Part shown: positions 1-11,904 of the stretch, one piece after another | Layout of the letters: each line of letters begins with the position of its first letter | How positions within the stretch are numbered: the first letter of the stretch is position 1 | DNA from: Octopus sinensis | Lineage: Eukaryota | DNA: 64,000 nucleotides | Assembly (NCBI RefSeq): GCF_006345805.1 | Contig: NC_042997.1 | Coordinates: forward strand, 139,128,001 to 139,192,000 | Reading direction: 5' to 3' | Program-made: the position numbers and the translations under genes | The notes under the pieces: generated by a model | What the model was told of the DNA's origin: nothing | The model's database searches: none | Seen by the model: the letters and a program-made list of their open reading frames with translations, nothing else

Positions 1-354
1 CTTTTTGTGTGCAGTTTGTGACAGATCATGCCTTTCTTTTGCTGGGCTCAAATTTCATTTGCTAAACCATGGAACAAACCTCCACCAACTATTCTGCCTA
101 TATATCTGTGCACATCTTTGAATACAATGTATGCCAGAAGGTTTGCAAATCTAAAGGAGGCCTCAAGAGACATTTTAAGATCTAGAAAGATCAGAACTTA
201 TCTGCAGACCTTGGTGGTCCAAATTGGATATACAATCTATGTGAGTGTCTTTTCAGAACACTGGCTGATTTAAAAGCCACATCAGCTGCCATAATGGTTC
301 TAAGGTGCAGGTACAGGAGGTGGTCAAACTCTGCATAAAGTATAGACAACCACC

Positions 355-404
<50 letters not shown>

Positions 405-607
405 ATATAATATTAATATATATATATAGATATATATATATAACAGAGTAATCACACAAATGCGAAACAAGGTGTAAAAAAATAGCACTCGAATACCAGA
501 GGTAGAGTAATGTGCTTTATTAAAAAACAGCAACAATGCAACAATATCGCAAAAACAGTTACTCAGATTTTCAAGTTCCCGTTCGTCCGCCAGTTTTGTT
601 TAGAAAC

Positions 608-642
608 AAAACTGTCCGACGAACGGGAACGTGAAACAGTTT
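608..642 (+). ncRNA. Hammerhead-like ribozyme motif (U4C core, stem III segment deleted in this arm)
   Basis: aaactgt-CCGACGA-acg GGAA cgt-GAAAC-agttt. The opposite arm (555-594, minus) retains gaaaatctgagtaac, supplying the missing stem III and GUA site. Confidence 0.55.
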
Positions 643-746
643 TTGTGATATTTTTGCTGCTTTTTAATAAAGTATATATCAACAACGCGAGGAAGTGGAA
701 CAAATATAGTATTATTGGACGCTCAGGAAAGAAAGAAAGAAGGAGG

Positions 747-781
747 GTTTAACGTTTCGAGCGGAGCTCTTCGTCGGAAAC
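747..781 (-). ncRNA. Minimal type-I hammerhead-like ribozyme, U4C core
   Basis: Minus strand reads gttt CCGACGA a gagc tcc gctc GAA acgt t aaac: 4-bp stem I, 4-bp stem II, palindromic ACGU stem III, GUU site. Confidence 0.7.
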
Positions 782-1010
782 ATAGGAGAAGGAAAGATCC
801 AGAGAAGGAAAGACAGAGGGAAAAAATATATATATACATATATACATACATACATATCTATATACATACACAATTATTTGTAGTTAACCTCGGACCATTT
901 GTGTGATTTTATATATATATATATATTATATATATATATATAATATATATATATATATACTACAAAATAAGAAAATGGAGAAATATATCTAAATCATTCA
1001 TCATATATAT

Positions 1011-1051
1011 ACTAGCATTATGACCCATCGTTGCCGGGTCATAGTGCTAGT
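1011..1051. repeat. 41-bp hairpin bounded by CTAG on both strands (Helitron 3'-end-like)
   Basis: actagcattatgaccc atcgttgcc gggtcatagtgctagt: 16-bp arms with one G.U. The loop resembles the cccggcgttgctcggg hairpins of Helitron ends at 7229 and 18541. Confidence 0.65.
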
Positions 1052-1473
1052 GCATGTATATATGTGTATATATATGTGTAGATATTACATGTACATCTAT
1101 ATATATACATCTGCACATAAAATACAAAATACAAAGTTATATCTTGATATCGCTAGTGATAACAATACTCAAAATATATAACAGACTGGAATTGTAGGCC
1201 CGTCTCTTGCAATTTCGATCAATTGTATCTCGTCCTCCCTCTTGTATAGAAGTGCGGCTACAATCCAGCCTACATCTACTTCTGGGGGGACATTTTTAAT
1301 TTTTATCCGGGACGTCCTACGTCCCAGATATAAAGGTAAAAATAAAATATTTCCACTTTGCAAGGTTTTTTCAAGAAGAACCGAAACATGTAAAATTTCT
1401 AAGAAAATTAAAACTTATCTTATATAGTGGCGTTTTCAAACTTCTTTTTTATAAATATATAAATAGATAGATA

Positions 1474-3527
1474 TGTTTCTTTATTAGCCCAACAGGGCTG
1501 CACACAGATAGAACAAATTACAAAGGTTAGAGTTTCTTTTTTTGAAGGTATTAAAAAAAAAAAAAAAAAAAAAAAAGGGGAAGGGGGAGGTTCGATCAAA
1601 AGGGATCGTAAAAAGGAGAGAAAGAGGACAAAAATAAGGGGGGGTTAAAAAAAAAAAAAAAAAAAGGGGGGGGGGGGGGAGAGAGAAAAAAAAATGATCA
1701 ATAGGGATCGTTATCACAGGAAATGTCAATATGAAGTGTAAGGGGGAGGACAGGTGAGGGTTTACCCGTGGAAAGAAAAACCGTGCGGAAAAGACCACGG
1801 TAACCTCGGTCAATGAAGTCACATTTTATATTCTTTTTTTTTTTTTTTTTTTTTGCAAATAAGCAACTCTCTGTTTTCGATTTCTGGGTTCATAGGACTA
1901 TGCTCAAGGTGGCTCGTCATTCATACGTGCCATTCTTGCTACATTCACCCATCTTTTTTAAAACATTCGCTAGACAAAACTTGCCTCTCTACTCTCACTT
2001 TCCTTTTCAAGTGGTACTTGAAGAAGTTGATGAGAGATTGACCAGAGAGGAAAGTGTTTGTCTCCAATCCTTTCAGACGCGTCCACCAGATACATTCTTT
2101 CGCCATAGCCACAAGGATGATGAAAATAGTCTCTCCTTCCCGTTTGAAGGAAGGAGGCGTGACAATATTGACGATAGACTCAGCTGATAAACCGTAAAAC
2201 GACTCGTCCCACACGTGACAGCAGTTGTTCGACATAAGCCCACAGGTCGGAAATTGTTGGACACTGAACGAGTGCGTGCAGAACGGTTTCGTCGCTCTGA
2301 CCGCATCTCGGCAGGTCGGCCCCGTGTGTCTCGAGCCGGTCTGTAGAGCTTTCCCGAACGGGTAGCGCTTCTCGGTAGCATGCCAGGCCAGGGATCTCTG
2401 GAAGTTGTCCATGGGCCCTGGCCCGAAAGTCGTCCCGAACAGGCGGGTCAGGTACTCCTCGTCGACGTCCAGGTTCGCCCCGAGCTCGTCGGTACCTCCC
2501 CTCACTAAACCCCTATAGAATGCTTTGGTTGTGTTGAAGTCACTTAAGGTCGACCAGGACGGACGGTAGAGTTGCTGAGAGCAACGCGACACTCGCGGTG
2601 CCATTCGCCCTTCCTCGGCCTCTTTTTGATCCACGACTGCAGTTCGGTCATGGAGACGAGCTGCGGGAAAGCGTGCCTCACAAACGGCGACCACACCTGT
2701 TCACCGTCGTCTACATAGAGCCAGAGATGTCGCAGTCTCAGCGCGTGTCTGCGCATCATCAACCACGGCATGCCCAGCCCTCCTTTTAACGGTGTTGTGA
2801 CAGCAAATGGATCGCCTGACCATCGGGAACGCATCCTTTCCACAAGAAGCGAAAGAGGATGCGTTGTAGTTTGGTGATGGTAGGGTCGGGACAAGGTACG
2901 ACGGTCGTAGGCGGTAGTTAGTAGATGACGGACGCGATGTACGTGTTCGCCACCTCCGCTCGACCTTTTAGGGACAGTTTCCTCTCGGCCCATTGCCGGG
3001 CGAGAGTGACACACCCTACTCGTTATCTCGTTCCAGTTCTTCTCCACTTGGAGGTCCGGACCAAACCAGACCCCGAGCAACTCAAACGGGCGTCGGTCCA
3101 GCGTCCACGACGGAGGCGCTGGTGGACGGCATGGGCTTGCTTCTCCAGGTGCCTAGTCGCAAGCCCACTGACTTTTCCCGGTTGATTTTCGCTCCTGTCA
3201 CCGCTTCGTAGTTTTTCAGTCTCGCCGACCAGCTCGATGTGCTCGTGGCTAGAACTATGACGGTGACGTCGTCGCGTATGCAGACACGCTCGTCCCGCAT
3301 CCAATTCTCGCGGGATGCCCCTTAGAGTCGCCAGCTTAGCAGCAGTAGTGGCTCAAGAGTCAATACGTATAGAAGCACCGAGAGGGGGCATCCCTGACGG
3401 ACCGAACGTGCAATGTCGAAAGGTCTCGATAGATGTCCATTTACGCGAATTACCGAACGGGCCTCTGTACAAGGCAGCTATCCAGCCGCGGAAGACGGGA
3501 CCGAAACCAGCCGCTCTCAGGACTGCC
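1474..3527 (-). mobile_element. 5'-truncated Tx1/L1-clade non-LTR retrotransposon (RT C-half plus CCHC zinc knuckle, frameshifted)
   Basis: Minus-strand frames give SVRQGCPLSVLLYVLTLEP, DDVTVIV, YEAVTGAKINREKS, GGLGMP, and TC-RCGQSDETVLHALVQCPTISDLWAYV (CX2CX8HX4C after frameshift correction). T/C-rich 3' UTR and AATAAA near 1480-1485. Confidence 0.88.
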
Positions 3528-3528
3528 T

Positions 3529-3599
<71 letters not shown>
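3528..3599. repeat. (ATAG)n microsatellite
   Basis: Perfect tetranucleotide array abutting the Tx1 5' truncation. Confidence 0.98.
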
Positions 3600-4236
3600 C
3601 AGAAGCATATATTCATATGCAGCTAAATGTGTTACAGTGCATATTGTGTGTTTGTCTCAATATGTATGTATGCATGAATATACGTATGTAAATATGTATG
3701 TATGTATGTATGTATGTACGTATGTATGCATGTGTGTGTGTATTTATGTATGTATGTATCTGTTCGTGGACACATAGAAGTTAGTATATACAAATGATAA
3801 GAAATATGCTTTCGAGCTAATATCCGTCTTCACCTTGATATTTTTATACTTACGCGCTGAATCCTGTCTGTGAGGTTTCTTCGCAGACATGTACAGTGCA
3901 AGATTTGAGACCACAATTATTATTTGATTTGTCATACTTGTTAAGCAACAATTATGCTGCATGTTTTATAGTGTTTCAATTTATTAAATTTTTCTTTTAT
4001 AAAATATTATTCATTTGACTGAAGTTACCGCTTTACGCATAACTCAAATTAAAAGTAAAATATCTCTCCACGACAAAGATTATGCTTTTTTTCCCCGGCG
4101 GCGGTTGAATACTGTCTCGAATAATCATTTTCAATAAATTAATGAATTTCAACAAAACGAAAAAGAAATAGAAACGAAAATAATTTAGTAGATGTCAACG
4201 AAAGAATAGAACTTCTCTCTCTCTCCGTGTCTCTGT

Positions 4237-4295
<59 letters not shown>

Positions 4296-4499
4296 CGCAT
4301 GTATGTATGTGTGTGCATTTATGTACAGCTTTGACTGTGTACATGTGCATTTATGTATATATATATACATACATACAAATACAAATTCGTCTACTAGCAG
4401 ATATGTATATATATATATGAATGCTTGTGTGCCTCTCTTTCTCTTTCACTCTTCCATTTTCACCACTCTCTCTCTCTCTCTCTCCCTCCCTCTCTAGAT

Positions 4500-4545
<46 letters not shown>

Positions 4546-4701
4546 GTGTCTATTCACATGCGCACATATTCTATGACGTACAGATGTCTCATCATTTCTT
4601 TTTGTTCGTTTTCATTGAACAATGAATAACGAGACAGCTTTCACCTGACAAGATGAAGCAATCATTTAATATACGCATGTACGTATGTTTGTATGTATAT
4701 C

Positions 4702-4795
4702 ATTATTCAGGTTTATTTCAAGAGAAAGAGCCGGTTTCTGACCTAGATCCAAGGCTCTTTCATTGGAATTCAACATCAACAACAGGGTATTTTTG
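4702..4795. repeat. Short dispersed repeat flanked by (TATG)n; second copy at ~26049-26152
   Basis: tcattattcaggtttatttcaa...tccaaggctctttcattggaattcaacatcaacaaca matches tcattgttcggttttatttcaa...tccaaggcaccttcgttggaatttcaacatcaacaaca. Confidence 0.75.
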
Positions 4796-5207
4796 TATGT
4801 AGGTATGTATGTATGTATGTATGTATGTATGTATGTATGTATGTATGTATGTATGTATGTACGTATGTGCGTATGTATATATATTTATATGTATGTATGT
4901 GTGCGTATGTATAACTGTATGCATATATCCATGTATTAATGATCCTTAAGACGTATGCAAAAAATCAAACCCCTAGAACAACAGTCCACGCGCCGACGTC
5001 GTGTTGCTAGCGGCTGCGGTACCTTCTCTGTATGATATTGACTTCAAGTCTAGTAATGACCACACACCCCTATATCAGTTAGTCACTAATATTCACACAG
5101 ATACAAATTAGCATTGGTAAAACCTTTCCTATAGAAAAGCATTTAGATTCTCCTTACCCAATAAACACATGATCAGGAAATACATACATACATACATACA
5201 TACTACA

Positions 5208-5243
<36 letters not shown>

Positions 5244-5329
5244 TGTGTGTGTGTGTGTATGTTTGTATGTATGTATATTTATATATAGTATTTATAAATC
5301 ATAGTATGTGTGTTTATATGTGTATATTG

Positions 5330-5690
5330 TCTAACATATACATTTCCACAATTCTCAACCGATTTTCACCAAACTTTAGACGCACATTACTTATGTCCGA
5401 AGGATGGTCATGCACTATAACTTTTTACCCAGAGCTCCTGCGTAAAAAGACAAACCGGAAAGAACGGTGGTTTTCACGCGTTTTTCTCTAATTCATTGTA
5501 TGTACATAGTTTTTTGTATGCATGGTCTTCCATACTTTTTTAGTCTATATGGTCGTATATTGGAATTAGAGAATATTTTTAGTGGTTTTCACATTTTTTT
5601 TATTTTGTCTATTTATTTATTTCGACTGTCCACCTGCGACGGTAATTAAATTGACCAGGAACACTGTACGCGGTGAGTATGCAATACCAA
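5330..5690. mobile_element. Helitron/DINE-1-like non-autonomous element (tentative)
   Basis: ccgattttcaccaaactt motif directly after a (TATG/TG)n tract, typical of DINE-1/Lep1-type elements. Termini not clearly resolved. Confidence 0.4.
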
Positions 5691-5829
5691 ACAATCTTAA
5701 TCTCCATATTTAAATTACTTTGGTAAGCTTAACTTTACCTATTCTGAGTTACTTGAAATGTGATGTTCTCTTCCCTCTTGTCTATTTGTTGATACCTATA
5801 CTTACCTACAAATGCGTCGTTTCACTTTA

Positions 5830-6780
5830 AGGATGCTTATTCACCCATCCATTACGAAGTTGTGGTTGATGCATCCTGGGATCTCTTCTGGGTATTTTTC
5901 TGGCCAGAAGCTGATTGCTTCTATACCATAATCATGTGGGATGTTGCTGTACAAGTTCACCACATCGAATGATACTAACAGGGTTCCTTCATTCATTGTT
6001 TTCGTGGGATGGTTAAACATGTTTAAATCATCCCTGATGAAGCTTTTCACATATTTTAAAAATGGTTTGAGTAAGATGTAGAGGAAATTGCTCAAGTGAT
6101 GGGTTTCACAAGCAGGATCAGGAATGATGGGTCTTAGTTTGAGGTCAGTAGGGAAGGAACATTAATGCATAGGCTCGGAAAATCTTTGCAAGCTTTACTA
6201 ATATGTAATTTTTTGTGTATTTTAGGTAATCCGTAGAATAGACTTGATTTGTATTTAAATTTGGATAAATAGTCAATTTCTTTTTTAGTGAGGCCCTTTC
6301 CATATATTTGAAGTAAGGAGGATAAGTTTTTAAGTGTCTTCTGTGGATTATAGTGCTCTATCTTCTCATAGTAAATATTGGTTTCCAACATGAAGAGTAT
6401 TAATTTTTTATAGTACTCGATTAAGATTTTCTATTCCTTTGTGTTGAGGTTGGATTTAATTCGTTGTTTTTGCAGGGTATTAAATGGAAAATTGGTAATG
6501 TGTTTACGAAAGTCATCAAGTGCTTTATTTCTGCCTTTTGTAGGACAGTATTCGCTTTTGAATTTTACTATTGAGTCATCTTCGCTGATGTAGTTGTGAA
6601 GTGCTTCTGTGAGGCGCAATTTTCGGCAAAAATCCATAGAGTTATCTTTGACTTCATTTGGGTTCGATCTGCGAGGGGTTGGTGTAAACTTCAAACCTCT
6701 TGCTAGAATTTTAGCTTGTGTAATACTTAGGATTTTCTTTGATAAGATGATTATTTTCGGTTGTTCATGTATATTTTGTT
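5830..6780 (-). mobile_element. Penelope-like element RT fragment (degenerate)
   Basis: KFTPTP, FYGLPKIHK, LLVSFDVVNLYSNIPHDYGIEAISFW across broken minus-strand ORFs. Confidence 0.88.
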
Positions 6781-7228
6781 CCGTTTCACATCTCTGTTTC
6801 TTTAATTTAGATCTAAAAAATGGTTGTAGTAGGTTTATCGTCTTACGGAGATGTTCTTCCGCTTTTGAAGGGCCCGTGCCACTTGAAATATTGCGTACAA
6901 CCTGTTGCTTCGTCGCCGTAAGCTTCCTGAAGCATGGTCAATGTCTCTGTAACAGACTTCCAAAGTTCAACACAAAAGTTCACGCTCGTTCTTTGTTCCA
7001 ACTTCCTGTCCATGACAAAAATCGCAGGCTACAGCATACACGTGATCGCAAGAACAAAAATTTCACAAGTTGCGAAGTAAACATAGTGATGTTACTCGGC
7101 ACAGTGCTTCATGAAGGTAGGGTCACTACTAGCCCTCACTGTGCACGCAAGTATGTGCAGTGATCTGTTGGCGTGCTACAGAACTAGTCCAGGAACTTTT
7201 TGATACCACCTGGTGTATTTATATATAT

Positions 7229-7746
7229 ATACTAGCAGTATCGCCCGGCGTTGCTCGGGTTTGTAAGGGAAATAACTATATAAGCATTTTTAGAGAGTTA
7301 CTTCCCTTATAGATGCCAATTCGGGCTTTCTTAGCCATTTCTGTTTTGGTGTATTCAAGCCATGAAGCCGTTGTTCTAAAAAAACGCTGGTCTCCTTGAC
7401 AACGCTTTACGACGTTGATTTCCTTACAATCCCTTCCCCACAGCTTCACGAGGGAGGGAAGAAGGGGGAGAAGCAAACAAGTGCAGATGTGAGCGTGGAC
7501 GCCAAATCCGCCGCCATAGACACACGAAAAAATATGCATTAAAATGGAATAAAAAATTATGTTAAATTATTTTTAAAATTGTAGACTCATCGTAGACGCG
7601 CGCTAATACCCAGACGAGCTCGATATGAATCACGACTATAAGATACCCGAATTTGGTTTTCTGCACCGCAAAATGTGGGAGGAGTTAGGAATCTAAATCG
7701 AAGGGGACAGACACTCACACAACTACAGTTTTATATATATAGATAT
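7229..7746 (-). mobile_element. Non-autonomous Helitron
   Basis: Minus strand starts TCTATATATATAAAA and ends with hairpin cccgagcaacgccggg plus CTAG|T. Closely related copy at 18541-18932. Confidence 0.8.
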
Positions 7747-7749
7747 ATT

Positions 7750-8088
7750 CTGAGACCCTCTTCAGTCACGACACAGACCATGGGATTGCACCTAGAAAGT
7801 TACCCTCCCAAGTACAAGTCCGGGCAAGGTTGTTTATGGAAGACCAGCAGTCGCCCATGCATACCGGCCTCCCTTCTCCATGCCACCAGTGTCATCCAAG
7901 GGAAAGGCAAAGGCCGATACAGCTTGGCACCTGTGACGTCGTAACTCATTTCTACAGCTGAGTCAACTGGAGCAACGTGAAATAAAGTGTCTTGCTCAAG
8001 AACACAACACGCATCCCGGTCCGGGATTCGAGCTCACAACCTCACGATCGTAAGCTCGACGCTCTAACCACTAAGGCATGCGCCTTCA
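7750..8088 (-). mobile_element. tRNA-headed SINE, family A
   Basis: Head ggcgcatgccttagtggttagagcg...gagctcgaatcccgg (A/B-box like). Near-identical copies at 39309 and 57552. Confidence 0.88.
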
Positions 8089-8162
8089 TACACACACACA
8101 CACACAGACACATATATATGTATGTATGTATGTATATGTATATAATATACATACATATATAT

Positions 8163-8164
<2 letters not shown>

Positions 8165-8211
<47 letters not shown>

Positions 8212-8232
8212 ATATATACGTATATATAAATA

Positions 8233-8300
<68 letters not shown>

Positions 8301-8721
8301 TAGATAAACTCTTTCATATGTGTAGGTAGGTACGGATGTTTGAGTATTTGTTTGTGTATTAGTTGATGAGTCTCTATATGCGTATAGGCATACGTATGTG
8401 TATGTGGATGTATGTACGTGGACATGTTGTTGCACACATATGCATGTGTGTAGACGTAAGTGTTTATGTATATTCGCACAGTAATTAATAACAAAGTATA
8501 TCTACAATCCTCCACTTCCACAGCCTTCTTCCTCAATCTATGCACTATTTAAGTCGTGTTATGTATAAAAGGTAATAAAATGTTATCATTTCACACCATC
8601 TTCTGTCTGCGACATTTCTTCTATTAATTTACTCGTCTGGAAATTTGAATCGTATTCACTGTTTAATCTGTCTGTCTAGCTCTCTCTTTCTCTTTCTCCA
8701 CACACTCTCTCTCTCTCTCTG

Positions 8722-8766
<45 letters not shown>

Positions 8767-8798
8767 TATATATATACATATATATACATATATATTAT

Positions 8799-8887
<89 letters not shown>

Positions 8888-9188
8888 AATTATTTTTCAA
8901 TCTCCTTACTCTCCCTCTCTCTTACTCTATCCGTCTCTATTGTCTCCAATTATTACATTCATCACTAGTCTCTCTTTCTTTCTTTCTCCATCTGTTTACG
9001 TTTTTCAATGGGTTTTTTTTCCTAGCGGCTTCTTTTGCTATAAACAAACATGAATTTATCCATATATTTAAAACTATAACATAGATGGACACGTTAAGCT
9101 AAATAGACATGTAAAATAAGTATTGAAAGAAAATGTATTTGAATCCCTCCAAATACGTATATAAGAATGTATGCATGTATGTGTGTGT

Positions 9189-9233
<45 letters not shown>

Positions 9234-9354
9234 TGAGTGGGTGTGTACTTTTAGAGATGCGCATAATATGAATTTTATAGACTGATGTGTGAATACATGC
9301 ATACATACATACATACTTGCATACATGCCACACACGCACCACACACACATACAC

Positions 9355-9390
<36 letters not shown>

Positions 9391-9421
9391 ATATATACGT
9401 ATATATAAATACTATATATAT

Positions 9422-9474
<53 letters not shown>

Positions 9475-9906
9475 CTATAGATAAAACTAGAAACTCTTTC
9501 ATATGTGTAGGTAGGTACGGATGTTGGAGTATTTGTTTGTGTATTAGTTGATGAGTCTCTATATGCGTATAGGCATACGTATGTGTATGTGGATGTATGT
9601 ACGTGGACATGTTGTTGCACCAATATGCATGTGTGTGTAGACGTAAGTGTTTATGTATATTCGCACAGTAATTTTAATAACAAAGTATATCTACAATCCT
9701 CCACTTCCACAGCCTTCTTCCTCAATCTATGCACTATTTAAGTCGTGTTATGTATAAAGGTAATAAAATGTTATCATTTCACACCATCTTCTGTCTGCGA
9801 CATTTCTTCTATTAATGTACTCGTCTGGAAATTTGAATCGTATCATGTTTAATCTGTCTGTCTAGCTCTCTCTTTCTCTTTCTCACACACTCTCTCTCTC
9901 TTCTTG

Positions 9907-9956
<50 letters not shown>

Positions 9957-10041
9957 TATACACATATATACTATATCACATATATATATATATATATAAT
10001 ATATATATATTATATATATATATATATTAATAATATATATA

Positions 10042-10072
<31 letters not shown>

Positions 10073-10590
10073 AATTATTTTTCAAATCTCCTTACTCTCC
10101 CTCTCTCTTCTCTATCCGTCTCTATTGTCTCCAATTATTACATTCATCACTAGTCTCTCTCTTCTTTCTTTCTCCATCTGTTTACGTTTTTCAATGGGTT
10201 TTTTTTCCTAGCGGCCTTCCTTTGCTATAAACAAACATGAATTTATCCATATATTTAAAACTATAACATAGATGGACACGTTAAGCTAAATAGACATGTA
10301 AAATAAGTATTGAAAGAAAATGTATTTGAATCCCTCCAAATACGTATATAAGAATGTATGCCAGTATGTGTGTGTACGTGTGTGTGTGTGTGTGTGTGTG
10401 GTGTGTGTGTGTGTGTGTGGGTGTGAGTGGGTGTGTACTTTTAGAGATGCGCATAATATGAATTTTATAGACGGATGTGTGAATACATGCATACATACAT
10501 ACATACTTGCATACATGCACACACACGCACACACCACACATACACATATATATATATATATTGTGTGTGTGTGTGTGTGTGTGTGTGTGA
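8165..10590. repeat. Tandem duplication of a ~1.19-kb unit (about 2 copies)
   Basis: aaactag(at)aaactctttcatatgtgtagg at ~8297 and ~9484; agatggacacgttaagc at ~9082 and ~10271. Copies differ mostly by small indels. Confidence 0.93.
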
Positions 10591-10619
10591 ACCATTTATA
10601 CGTAGAACATCGAGAATAA

Positions 10620-10925
10620 ATTTGAATTATCGTAAGACCAACTTCGTAATTAATTAGTTAGATTAGTAGTTAGATTATATGCCCTTCAAAATAAGACTGG
10701 TAAGTTGATTATCGATAGATATATACCTAAACTTATACAAATACTAAAATTAGATTTATCGTTCAACTTTTATGAAGAAATTGATTGGTTTAAAGAAATT
10801 AAAAATAAGGAACTTAGTAAATTTATCCATATTAGCATATCTACTTATTCTTTCTTTAACGAATTGTTACTATATAAGACACTCATCTTTGCGAGTTATC
10901 TAGAAATGAGGTAGATATTATTTTA
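10620..10925 (+). mobile_element. Penelope-like RT remnant (N-terminal part)
   Basis: IDWFKEIKNKELSKFIH...NELLLYKTLIFA resembles the PLE RT segment preceding the first catalytic motif. Confidence 0.6.
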
Positions 10926-11159
10926 GCAGCTAGGAAGATTAATTGAATTTAAGGGCAAATATTCGATCAGCAAAGACAGATCACGCAATTTTAATATCAG
11001 AATGGAGTCCTGCGACTCTGCACAAGTAACTGATTTAGAAGATGTGTATCTCCATATATATATAGAGACATATGTGTTTGTGTGAGTGTGTGTATGTATG
11101 TATGTATGTATGTATGTATGTATGTATGTATGTATGTGTAGCTGGAACAAGGAAGACGT

Positions 11160-11519
11160 GTTCTTGTTTCTCTCCTGTCCAAGCTTGATTTATCCGTTCG
11201 CCACCACAACCTTGTCTAGACCTAGCAGCCTTTCTTATTTGTTTTCACTGTCCTGTTTGTGCTACCAATTTTCACCCTCCGCAAAATCCCAAATTTTAAT
11301 TAATTTGCTTTGCAGGAGCAACTGTTTTATCGAAAGCGTATATTGTTGTCAAATGCTCGAAATACTAGAATAGAAAAACAGCCAACAATTGATGAAGGGT
11401 CGTTCTTTATGTTGTTTGTCTTGTTTTCCATTTGTGTCTTTCGTTGTTCGAAAAATATTTCATATTCCATGTACTCGTTCTTCGAATTTTTTGTTGTGCA
11501 CGTTTGATGATAACCTGAG

Positions 11520-11520
<1 letters not shown>
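11160..11520 (+). mobile_element. Dispersed PLE-tail-like repeat (same family as 28107-28480 and 56300-56695)
   Basis: Shared caccctccgcaaaatcccaaattttaattaatttgctttgc and downstream tgaagaaggg / tgatgaaggg segments. Confidence 0.7.
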
Positions 11521-11601
<81 letters not shown>

Positions 11602-11834
11602 CGTATAGATGTAAGTATTTACATATACGTATGCATATATGCATATATATATATATTATTTAGATTATATATATATGTATATATATATGCATATATATAT
11701 ATACATACATACATACAAACATACATACATACATATGTACATATATGATAAAAATGACAACAAAAGAATGAGAATTCGATATTAGGTAAATAGAGGAATT
11801 TATATATGTATAGTTTAGAACAATTAGTAAGTTG

Positions 11835-11903
11835 TCATAATAGGACTCAGAGTTTCAAATGCCGGAGCTAAGTGCTACAGTGCATTCTCGTCGCCTATTA
11901 TGA
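11835..11903 (-). ncRNA. Type-I hammerhead-like ribozyme fold, GCGACGA core
   Basis: Minus: tcataatag GCGACGA gaatgc (19 nt) gcattt GAA actc t gagt C ctattatga. 9-bp stem I, 6-bp stem II, palindromic stem III, GUC site. Confidence 0.65.
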
Positions 11904-11904
11904 G

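Larger units (their letters stand above)
442..830. mobile_element. Non-autonomous PLE-associated (pLTR-like) element containing a 158-bp palindrome and hammerhead-like motifs
   Basis: Arms 515-601 and 604-672 are reverse complements (ctttattaaaaaacagcaa...gttcccgttcgtccgccagttttgttt / aaacaaaactgtccgacgaacgggaacgtg...gctgctttttaataaag). Hammerhead-like folds at 608-642 and 747-781. Context acgctcaggaa is shared with the 52.3 kb element. PLE link is inference. Confidence 0.6.

Noticed and set aside
28-273. 81-aa ORF at the window start
   Set aside because: No recognisable domain or codon signal on either strand; cannot be supported as a gene.
1352-1396. Hammerhead scaffold ggttt..gaacc GAA acatgt A aaat
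   Set aside because: Stem II, the palindromic stem III and GUA are present, but the upstream core (ccactttgcaa) does not fit the 7-nt pattern; at best a dead remnant.
7990-8088. tRNA genes in SINE heads (also 17.9, 18.1, 39.3 and 57.9 kb)
   Set aside because: Only A/B-box-like segments fused to SINE bodies; no complete cloverleaf with acceptor stem.
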